Shown in pieces: positions 1 to 7,849 of a stretch of 64,000 bases of DNA. Position numbers and translations under genes: made by a program. Every line of letters begins with the position of its first letter. Position 1 is the first letter of the stretch. The notes beneath the pieces are model-generated. The model made no database searches, was not told the DNA's origin, and saw only the letters and a program-made list of their open reading frames with translations. The DNA is from Gemmatimonadota bacterium (GTDB lineage: Bacteria > Gemmatimonadota > Gemmatimonadetes > Palauibacterales > KS3-K002), in the NCBI GenBank assembly GCA_039586795.1, contig JBDHJS010000011.1:70793-134792 (forward strand), read 5' to 3'.

Positions 1-32
1 TCCACCGCTTAGATAAGCCCACTTGTAAGTGA

Positions 33-59
33 AGTGGGAGGGCGCGGAGCCCTCCCACT
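33..59 (-). terminator. Hairpin downstream of OmcE-like gene 1 (probable terminator)
   Basis: AGTGGGAGGGC-gcgga-GCCCTCCCACT, an 11-bp perfect stem 26 nt past the stop codon; U-tract is weak. Confidence 0.6.
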
Positions 60-85
60 CCGATTGCTGCTTCAGACTAAACTGA

Positions 86-787
86 CTACCCCTTCGCGTG
101 ACACGTCGTGCAGATCTGATCCTGCGACTTCGGGATGTTGAGCGAATGGGGGTTGTTGAACTTGTTATGAACGTCGTGGCAGCTCGAGCACTGCAGCTGC
201 CCACGGTCCAGCAACACTTCCTCCAGCGACCCAGAAACCACGTGGCCGTTGAAGGCGGTCAGATTCAGCGCCGTCGCCGAGGGCGCAACCAAGAACCCGT
301 CGGCCGTCGCGAGAGCGTCGTCATACACGAACGAAATCGGATGGGCATGGCTCAAGTCACCATTCTGCGGATGCGGAACCGTGTAGGTCGGGTCCGCCGG
401 CGCATACATCGCGCCCCATCCGTACTGATCGACGCCAACCGTACCGTCATGGCAGCTCAGGCACAGAATCGCCGTGCCCGTCGGCTGACCCACGGTGGCC
501 GCGCCGTCAAACGTCTCACTCTGAACGGCGTCGTACATCACATACGACGTGGTCGTCGACAGCTTGTGGAACCACAGCGGCTGGCCGACGCCCGGGGTGT
601 GAGCGTTGTGGCACACCGTGCACATATCCTCGCCGCCCACGTTCCAGGTGCCCTCACCCGTGTCGTACGAGCTAGGATTGTAGTGTGTGACCCCGTCACT
701 GAAGTCGTGCCCTGAGCCGGAGAACTGCGCCTGCGCCGGTGCGGCGACGAACAGCACAGCCAGCCCAATTAACCAGAGCTTCTTCAT
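86..787 (-). CDS. Secreted tetraheme c-type cytochrome, OmcE-like (paralog 1)
   Basis: Sec signal MKKLWLIG...AQA; four CxxCH (CTVCH, CLSCH, CSSCH, CTTCH); motif order HDFS / CxxCHxxH / CLSCHDG / DLSxxHPI / CxxCHDVH / terminal CxxCHxK; RBS AAGGAG favours ATG 787 over 811. Confidence 0.85.
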   Translation of the reverse strand: MKKLWLIGLAVLFVAAPAQAQFSGSGHDFSDGVTHYNPSSYDTGEGTWNVGGEDMCTVCHNAHTPGVGQPLWFHKLSTTTSYVMYDAVQSETFDGAATVGQPTGTAILCLSCHDGTVGVDQYGWGAMYAPADPTYTVPHPQNGDLSHAHPISFVYDDALATADGFLVAPSATALNLTAFNGHVVSGSLEEVLLDRGQLQCSSCHDVHNKFNNPHSLNIPKSQDQICTTCHAKG

Positions 788-853
788 TGTTTGGTCTCCT
801 TTGGATCCCATTGCTGCGAGCCGGGTTCTGGTCGTTCCCGGCCCAGTTAAAAG

Positions 854-887
854 TCCGGTTGGGGCTTAGTTACTTCCGGTTGGGGCT
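854..887. repeat. 13-bp direct repeat TCCGGTTGGGGCT, 21-bp period, upstream of paralog 1
   Basis: Identical copies at 854-866 and 875-887. Confidence 0.8.
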
Positions 888-1449
888 GACTACAACGGTC
901 GTTTACAACTTCCGTTTCAGTGCCTCTTCCGGCTCCTCCTTTCTTACTCGTCGGCCCGCAGATCTAACGGGGTCACGTTCCTTGATACACAACGGCGCCC
1001 GCCGGATCAGGTAGGGGGAGAGCGGTGCAATACGCATCCGTTGCCGCACAGCTCCCGAAACCGGGGGCGCCCTCAGCATGACAGGCCGCGAGTGGTCGTG
1101 GGTCCTCTCCGATGGCCCCGGCGTGCCACGCTCCCGGAGCCAAACCCATTTCCTGAATGGGCATTTCCTCAAGCAGATGTCGTACCAATCTGGGGTGGAA
1201 AGAACCACGTGTCCCAAACCGTCCGATTGGCCAGCACCGTCCGTGTAAGGCTAACAAGAATAACTATTTAGAGAGATTGCCCTGAAGGTGCGATATGTCC
1301 CGGCGAAGCGAGGCGTTCATGCCACGTGTCGCCCTGCCTCAACGACGGCATCCGCGTTGTGGCAATACGTCACGTCGTATCAACAAGCGTTCTCGATAAG
1401 CGGTGTTGGTCAGCCCCACGGCCTGATATCACCTGACCAAAGACGTCGA

Positions 1450-1475
1450 GCCCCGACAGCTTGCGCTGTCGGGGC
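1450..1475 (-). terminator. Hairpin after the 14-heme cytochrome gene
   Basis: GCCCCGACAGC/GCTGTCGGGGC 11-bp stem; loop reads GCAA (GNRA) on the minus strand. Confidence 0.65.
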
Positions 1476-1507
1476 CCGCCCTCCACCCAGTCCTCGAACC
1501 AGAGGAT

Positions 1508-3427
1508 CTAGAACCTTCCTCCATCGCCGTGGCGGTGGCAGTTGTAGCAGTTTTCCTTGCCCGTCATCGAGCTGCGATCGTGACAGGTGTTGCACCACCA
1601 CCCACCACTAGTCAGGTCGGCCTTGTCCAGGTTGTTGGTGATTCCGTATTCCCACTCGGCGGCGCCTTTGCGATCCCAAAACGCCAGCGCGGTGTCATCC
1701 GGCGCCATACCCAGCGTCTGATCGAGAACTCGGAACAAGGTCGTCGTGCCTATGCCGGCGCTCTGGTCGATGATCACGTGATTCGAATGGCACGACCAAC
1801 ACGGCATCACATCGCCTATGCCCCAGCCTATTCCGGCCCGCAGGTCCACACTCGAGCCGGTCCGAACTCCCATACCGTCGTTGACCCACGTCGTGCGGAT
1901 GTTCGTGATCGCCGTTGTCTGGTCCTGAACTGAGGACGGGAAGCTCCCATCATGACAGTCGAGACAGAATTCGCTGAGGATGTCTCCCGCCGACTGGTAT
2001 GCCGTAAAATACCAGTCCGTGCCGGGAATGTGGCCGTCGCTTGGATCGGGATCGATCAGGTACTTCTGCGCAGCGGTCAGCGTATGCGGATTATGGCAGT
2101 TCGTGCATTCAATCTTCGCCCCGCTACGGGCCTGTGCTGGCTGCTGGATGTCGTGTCGATCATTCAGGTTCGCGTTTGACCCCAGGCCGGTAGCCGTTTG
2201 GACCCAGTTGATCGCCCGCGCGAACCCGGTCGCCAGGTCGGTGGTTGCCGGGCCATCGGAGTCATGACAGTCGAGACAGAAACCCTCTTCTTCTTCGGTC
2301 CGCGTCGTGGGGTCGGGCGCGACGTCCCCAGGGGCGAGTATTCTGGCCTTTTGCGACCCGTGGCTCGCATGACACCCGAAACTGCCATCGCCAAAGCAGC
2401 CAACGATGGCCGCCGACTGTTTGTGGGAGGCGGTAGTCCACGCCGAGGCGTCGATTAGCGGGCGAGTCAATCCATCCGAGAACGGGGCGAGCGTTCCGTT
2501 CGCGCCATCTAGATCATGGCAAGAAACGCAGAACGCCTCCAGCTTCGCCGCCTCCGCCGACTGAGTTTGCGGGTCGCCCGTCAATATGTATACGGTCGTC
2601 GAATCATCCGCGTTCTTGAGGCGCACGTTACCCGCCTGGTGGGCGCTGAACTCGTGACAGACCAGGCAATCGCCATCCACGTACGACGCCCCGACATGGT
2701 TGCTGGCCCAGGACATCTCCGGAACGATCGGGCGGCGACTGTTCGGCCCGCTGGTGCCCTGCCCGCCCGTGTCGTGGCAGCTCCCGCACGGTCCGCCCCC
2801 GGCGAATCCGCTCTCGTGAGTGTGACAATCGGTGCAGGTCCGCCCGACTTCGTGCGTATGGTCACTGACGTCCGGAAGGTTCAGCCCGTTCTGATGGTTA
2901 CTCGTCTCCGTATGGCACGCCTCGCACACACCATCGTAATCACCGTCTCCATCCTCGTCGCCGTCGGCGAACGAATGAAGCGATGGCTGCCCCGCATCGG
3001 TCCCGCGACTCGTAAACGACACGGGCAGATCACCACTCACCGGCGTCGTCATCATCTCGCGGATCATCGATAGGTTCGCGGCCGTCTCTCCTTCATGGTC
3101 GTGACAGTCCCAACAGCCCGTTGCCGCTCGGCCGAACTCGGTGTGTCGGGCTCCGTTGTGTACCTCGAACGGACCCTTCGGAACATCTACCCAGACTCCA
3201 TCCCGGTCGACCTGCGCCGGACCGGCATCGCTGTGGCACGACCAACAGAGATCTTCAACGACGTCGAATTCTCGCAGCGCGCTGAACGAGCCGCCGTGCA
3301 GGTCATGGCAAAAGCTGCAGTTGTGACTGATCTGCGCGTGTGCCGTCGCCGATTCCTGAAGCGCCGGAATGACGGGCGCGATGAGGCTCCACCCCACGAG
3401 TCCCAAGAGCCAGGCGATCGGCCTCAT
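1508..3427 (-). CDS. Large secreted multiheme cytochrome c (14 CxxCH plus one CX7CH)
   Basis: Signal peptide ending AHA-Q; 14 canonical heme motifs counted, plus CFGDGSFGCH; acidic DGDEDGDGDYD loop. Confidence 0.9.
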   Translation of the reverse strand: MRPIAWLLGLVGWSLIAPVIPALQESATAHAQISHNCSFCHDLHGGSFSALREFDVVEDLCWSCHSDAGPAQVDRDGVWVDVPKGPFEVHNGARHTEFGRAATGCWDCHDHEGETAANLSMIREMMTTPVSGDLPVSFTSRGTDAGQPSLHSFADGDEDGDGDYDGVCEACHTETSNHQNGLNLPDVSDHTHEVGRTCTDCHTHESGFAGGGPCGSCHDTGGQGTSGPNSRRPIVPEMSWASNHVGASYVDGDCLVCHEFSAHQAGNVRLKNADDSTTVYILTGDPQTQSAEAAKLEAFCVSCHDLDGANGTLAPFSDGLTRPLIDASAWTTASHKQSAAIVGCFGDGSFGCHASHGSQKARILAPGDVAPDPTTRTEEEEGFCLDCHDSDGPATTDLATGFARAINWVQTATGLGSNANLNDRHDIQQPAQARSGAKIECTNCHNPHTLTAAQKYLIDPDPSDGHIPGTDWYFTAYQSAGDILSEFCLDCHDGSFPSSVQDQTTAITNIRTTWVNDGMGVRTGSSVDLRAGIGWGIGDVMPCWSCHSNHVIIDQSAGIGTTTLFRVLDQTLGMAPDDTALAFWDRKGAAEWEYGITNNLDKADLTSGGWWCNTCHDRSSMTGKENCYNCHRHGDGGRF

Positions 3428-4371
3428 TTCGCAGCGACCCCCGGATAGACCTTCACCGATGCGCTGCGATTGCTCACCACTAAGACGTCGCCATTCTTCG
3501 TGATCAGTACGTCGGTGGGCACTCTCAGCTCGGGGCGGCCGCCGATCTCGCCCGTCAACTCCTTCGTTGCCCGGTCAAAGACCAACACCGTGCCCAACAA
3601 GGCATCCGCGACATAGATCCTGCCCCGGTCGTCCACCGCCAGACCCTGCGGTCGAGAGAACCCTCCCGGACAACTCATGCCGCAGCTCACCTCACCAGGG
3701 ATCTGATCGACATGGCGACCATCATAGTCGAAGATCTTGATCGAGGCGGCGCCGCCATCCACTCCCCAGTCGCTCACCAGCAACTCGTTCCGAGCGCCGT
3801 TCACGGCGATCCCCATCGGCGTGGCCAGCTGCTCAGGGCCGCTTCCCGGACTCGAGATCACGCGCTGCAAACCGCCCAGCTCGTCAAACACCCTCACTTC
3901 TCGAGCGCGCCCATCGAGTACGAATACCAGCCCCTGGCCGTCGTCTGCCGCCAGGTCGATCGGATACTCGACCGCTCCGGCGCCGAACGTGCCCGTTGCG
4001 CTTCCAGTTGTCGTCGAGAAGATCTCTACCGTTCGACGGGTACCGTTGCCCACGAAGATGCGATCGCCCAGAGCGACGACGCCCAACGCCTGGCCCGAGA
4101 CGGCTATGCCGCGGGCTGGGGTCTGCGAGGTGGGATCGATCTCCACCACCAGGTCCAGGCGACTGTCCGTCACCAGGACTTGTCCACCTGAAGTCAGCGC
4201 GAGCCGCAACGGCGATCTAAGAGTTATCGCGCCGAGCAAGCCGAAGGTGACTTCCTCCCCGCCTTCTTCACCCCCGGTGGGCGTTCGTTCCTCTCTCCAA
4301 CAGCCGTGCGTGAATAACAGCATGCTGGCGAGCAGGCTGAACAGCACTCCACGGAAGGAAAAGACTCTCAT
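3424..4371 (-). CDS. NHL-repeat beta-propeller lipoprotein
   Basis: Lipobox-like LFTHGC; repeats PIDLAAD, PMGIAVN, PQGLAVD..GRIYVAD, PTDVLIT; stop overlaps the cytochrome start (ATGA). Confidence 0.85.
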   Translation of the reverse strand: MRVFSFRGVLFSLLASMLLFTHGCWREERTPTGGEEGGEEVTFGLLGAITLRSPLRLALTSGGQVLVTDSRLDLVVEIDPTSQTPARGIAVSGQALGVVALGDRIFVGNGTRRTVEIFSTTTGSATGTFGAGAVEYPIDLAADDGQGLVFVLDGRAREVRVFDELGGLQRVISSPGSGPEQLATPMGIAVNGARNELLVSDWGVDGGAASIKIFDYDGRHVDQIPGEVSCGMSCPGGFSRPQGLAVDDRGRIYVADALLGTVLVFDRATKELTGEIGGRPELRVPTDVLITKNGDVLVVSNRSASVKVYPGVAAK

Positions 4372-4413
4372 CGGTATGCTACCCTCGATTTACGACCGTA
4401 CTCCGATAGGAAT

Positions 4414-4432
4414 TTGGCAAGTAGCCTGCCAA
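4414..4432 (-). promoter_or_regulatory. sigma54 (-24/-12) promoter for the NHL/14-heme operon
   Basis: Minus strand TTGGCAGGCTACTTGC gives GG-N10-GC with TTGC, about 45 nt upstream of ATG 4371; the site is near-palindromic. Confidence 0.6.
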
Positions 4433-4813
4433 GGAAGAAAGGAAGCGGAGTGCCATAAAAGGGAGAACGATTATTAATAGCGGTTCTGGGCACGAGAATG
4501 GACCGTAATGAGCCACGTCGAGACATGGTGAGTCGTTATGGCACACCGTTGCTTGACTAACGGGGCATCTGTGTACTCAACGTTACTTATATACAGGTGC
4601 GTCCATGGTCCGCGCTTGAGAATGATAATTATTCGCGTTCGATGTTCTTCCTGAAAGTTGTTCGCGATTTGCTTGTAGAGAGCGCGTTCTGCAACGACTC
4701 CCAGTCGACGAGGAGCGGTCAATTCGTCGGAACTTGCAGAGCCGATAGGGTCAAGATGTCCATATCGCTAGCCATAATCGTGAAAACGATCGCAGAGCTA
4801 CTTCAACTTTCAA

Positions 4814-4830
4814 TCGGAACGACTTTTGCA
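4814..4830 (+). promoter_or_regulatory. sigma54 (-24/-12) promoter for the OmcE-like operon
   Basis: TCGGAACGACTTTTGCA versus consensus TGGCACG-N4-TTGCW, with exact GG-N10-GC spacing. Confidence 0.6.
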
Positions 4831-5100
4831 CTCTGTCGCAGCACTCCCCTCCGCCTATGGCGACATGTCTGAAGCCGTGAATCCCTGGAAACAACTGAGA
4901 GTCTAGCAGGACAAGCCCTAATTGTAGGGCAAGCGCTGTTTACAGGTCCCCCGCTCCGCCCCGCCAGGTCTGTCTCCCGCCGATTCCCCTGGCCCTGTTA
5001 CAGCAGTTTGGACATTAGCCCGTGAGTACCGACCACTGAGACTCGACGCGGGACGCCGCGGGGCTCACGGATGATCAAACCCCGAGTTGAGGAGGGACCA

Positions 5101-5745
5101 ATGAAACGGTTGTTCAGCCTGATCACCGCCTTCATCCTGGCGGCGGCGACGACGGCGAGCGCTCAGCAGATTTCGGGTAGCGCGCACGACTTCAGCGCGG
5201 CTGCTTGGAACAGTACGGGAGAGATCTGCATCGTCTGTCACGCGCCGCATAACAATCAGAGCCCTGCCGGTGAACTAATTTGGAACCGCACTGCCAGTGC
5301 CGCGTCCTACACGATGTACTCGAACACTAGCGGGACATTCCAGGCGTCTGCCACGATCGCGGCGACGCCAAACGCGGAGTCCAAGGTCTGCCTGAGTTGC
5401 CACGACGGCACTGTCGCACTCGAGTCATTTGGCGGCAACGGTGCCGTAACGACGACGGTGATGGGCGACGTCAACGCAGCAGCGGACGTCGGGTCGGACC
5501 TGTCGGACGACCATCCGATCTCGTTCGACTACACGAACGCGCTTGCGACAAGCGACGGCGATCTGGCTACTCCGGGCGACAACGGTACCGCTCCCGATGG
5601 CAACATGCCGTTGTTCGGCGCGACCTATCGGATGGAGTGCGCCACGTGCCACGACGTGCACAACGATGTACCGGTTGGCAATGCCAGCCTGCTTTATGTG
5701 GACAACGCGGCCAGCGCGCTCTGTCTTACTTGTCACACCAAGTAG
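5101..5745 (+). CDS. Secreted tetraheme c-type cytochrome, OmcE-like (paralog 2; candidate nanowire subunit)
   Basis: Strong RBS GAGGAGG; signal ending ASA-Q; CIVCHAPH, CLSCHDG, GSDLSDDHPI, MPLF, ECATCHDVH, LCLTCHTK; exactly 4 non-motif His for 4 hemes. Confidence 0.9.
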   Translation: MKRLFSLITAFILAAATTASAQQISGSAHDFSAAAWNSTGEICIVCHAPHNNQSPAGELIWNRTASAASYTMYSNTSGTFQASATIAATPNAESKVCLSCHDGTVALESFGGNGAVTTTVMGDVNAAADVGSDLSDDHPISFDYTNALATSDGDLATPGDNGTAPDGNMPLFGATYRMECATCHDVHNDVPVGNASLLYVDNAASALCLTCHTK

Positions 5746-5809
5746 CACACGCATAGGGCGGAGCGTCATCGAGAGTTCGAGTCGCCAGTTACCGCCATAC
5801 GAGAGGCCA

Positions 5810-5830
5810 GGGGGCGCTCCGGCGCCCCTT
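5810..5830 (+). terminator. Intercistronic GC hairpin after the OmcE-like gene
   Basis: GGGGCGC-tccg-GCGCCCC followed by only TT; leaky terminator or mRNA stabiliser. Confidence 0.5.
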
Positions 5831-5862
5831 CGCCTTAACGCTCTAGACCAACAACTCGATCG

Positions 5863-6981
5863 ATGAACAGCCACCGACTGATCCCAGTAGTGCTACTCGC
5901 CGCTGCCGCTGGAACACTGCTGACGGCGTGCTCCTCGACTGCTCCAACACCGGAGCTAACCCAGCCGCGAGAGCTGATCGTCTACCCCACCCCACCGGAC
6001 ACACCACGTATCCAATTCTTGACACGTTATTCGACTTCAGCTGACATCGAGCCGGAGCGACGCAGGTCGATTTGGGAGTCGATTGCGGGTGAAGACGATT
6101 CGGCGAACGAAGAGAAGCAGATCGTCAAGCCTTACGGCGTGGCCATGGCGCAGGGCAGAATCTACGTCTGTGACACGGGCGCCATCGCGGTTGATATCAT
6201 AGACATCCCGGCGCAGTCGTTGTCTCGTTTCCAGCCCCGCAGTTTTGGCAAGCTCAGTAAGCCGCTTGGCTGCTTCGCAGACGAGTCCGACGGCTCACTA
6301 TTCGTCGCCGATGCTGATCGCCAGCAAGTTGTCGTTTATGGGAACGACGGATCCTATCGAGCCAGCTTCGGAGAGCGAGAGAGCATCCGACCGAGTGCCG
6401 TATTCGTCGTCGGTGACAGTATCTTCGCGGCCGATCTGAACGGACAGCGCGTCGCGGTCTACGCGCGCAGCGACCAGCGACTGCTGGGCTTCATTCCAGC
6501 CGACACGACCGACCCGGCGGCAAGGCTATTCGCTCCCACCAACCTGTTCGTCACTAACGATCACGTGTACGTGACGGACTTCGGGTCCTTCCAGGTGAAG
6601 ATCTATGACCGCAACGGTCGGTTCGTTCGGACACTTGGGCGCTATGGGTCCGGGCTTGGACAGTTCGTTCGCCCCAAGGGCGTGGCCGTCGATCGCAACA
6701 GCAACGTCTACGTCGTCGATGCGGGCTTCGAGAACGTCCAGGTGTTCGATGCAGAGGGCAAGCTGCTGATGTTCTTTGGCGGCCCATACGAGGGCCCGGG
6801 CGACCTGTACCTGCCGGCCGGGATCACCATCGACTATGAGAACGTCGACCTGTTCCGACACCTCGTTCATCCCGGTTTCCAACTCAAGTATCTCGTCCTC
6901 GTAACCAGCCAATACGGTCCCGACAAAGTCAACGTCTACGGCTTCATCGGCCCCGAGGAGACCCCGTCCCATGCGCCTTGA
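5863..6981 (+). CDS. NHL-repeat beta-propeller lipoprotein
   Basis: Lipobox LLTAC; KPYGVA..GRIYVCD, GQFVRPKGVAVD..VYVVD, LYLPAGITID. Confidence 0.85.
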   Translation: MNSHRLIPVVLLAAAAGTLLTACSSTAPTPELTQPRELIVYPTPPDTPRIQFLTRYSTSADIEPERRRSIWESIAGEDDSANEEKQIVKPYGVAMAQGRIYVCDTGAIAVDIIDIPAQSLSRFQPRSFGKLSKPLGCFADESDGSLFVADADRQQVVVYGNDGSYRASFGERESIRPSAVFVVGDSIFAADLNGQRVAVYARSDQRLLGFIPADTTDPAARLFAPTNLFVTNDHVYVTDFGSFQVKIYDRNGRFVRTLGRYGSGLGQFVRPKGVAVDRNSNVYVVDAGFENVQVFDAEGKLLMFFGGPYEGPGDLYLPAGITIDYENVDLFRHLVHPGFQLKYLVLVTSQYGPDKVNVYGFIGPEETPSHAP

Positions 6982-7849
6982 TACAGGCAAAACGCTCCTC
7001 GCCATCTGTCTTACCGTTGGCGCCCTTTCATGCCGCTCGGCCGCCGAATTGTTCCTCGACATCTCCGAGCCGCCGGGGAACGAGCAATATGCGCCGGCTG
7101 CTAACGTCAGTCAGTCGCAGAGCGTTATGTTAGCGGTTCCAACCGACACCGCCCGACCCCCGATCGAGAGTGTGGACGGCATGGACTCTGTGCTGGTCAT
7201 GCTGCCACAGGCGCCCGACGGAAGCATCGACTGGGTTACGGCGATTCGCGATACGGTAATCCGACCTCGGAACGCACCGCGAGGAGTTGGATCTGTTCGG
7301 GAGTCACTCAGTTTCGATTTCTACTTCGGTGAATTCGAGACCTACTTCCCCCATTCCGCCCACGCGGAGTGGATGGAATGCACCAGTTGTCACCCAACCA
7401 TCTATCGCCGCCGCGGTGCCTCAACATCGATGAAGGAGATCGGGGAAGGCCAGTCCTGCGGTCGCTGCCACGGAAGTGTTGCATTCTCCACTGCCGCCTG
7501 CGAACGCTGCCACACGGCAATGAAGTTGCCGGAAGGTCGCCAAAAGCCGAATCTCGGTGCCGTCTACACGTTCTCGCGCTCGGAGACCGCAACCAATATC
7601 GCGACCGACTCCGTCTTCCCGCCCGCGGTGTTCTCGCATGGCTTCCACCGTATACGCTATACCTGCGCGGCTTGTCACAACGATCTGTTTCCCATGGCGC
7701 GCAGCGCGCCCGGAACGGTGACGATGAAGTCGATTCAAAATGGTGAGGCATGCGGGACGTGTCATAACGGTTCGACCGCGTTCGGCGTTCTGCAGTGCGG
7801 GCTCTGCCATCAGAAGGTCGAAAGCGACTCCGAGGGCAGTGGACCGTGA
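6971..7849 (+). CDS. Hexaheme c7-type cytochrome lipoprotein (two triheme domains)
   Basis: Lipobox GALSC; two repeats of FxHxxH..CxxCH..M..I..G..CGxCH..AF..CxxCH; six CxxCH. Confidence 0.85.
   Translation: MRLDTGKTLLAICLTVGALSCRSAAELFLDISEPPGNEQYAPAANVSQSQSVMLAVPTDTARPPIESVDGMDSVLVMLPQAPDGSIDWVTAIRDTVIRPRNAPRGVGSVRESLSFDFYFGEFETYFPHSAHAEWMECTSCHPTIYRRRGASTSMKEIGEGQSCGRCHGSVAFSTAACERCHTAMKLPEGRQKPNLGAVYTFSRSETATNIATDSVFPPAVFSHGFHRIRYTCAACHNDLFPMARSAPGTVTMKSIQNGEACGTCHNGSTAFGVLQCGLCHQKVESDSEGSGP

Noticed and set aside
4539..4552. TGGCACACCGTTGC as a sigma54 promoter
   Set aside because: GG-to-GC spacing is 9, not the required 10
4841..5100. Cyclic dinucleotide (GEMM-I) riboswitch in the OmcE-like leader, as known for Geobacter cytochrome genes
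   Set aside because: The GYAAA / GNRA hairpin / GACGCAAAG core is not present here or upstream of paralog 1
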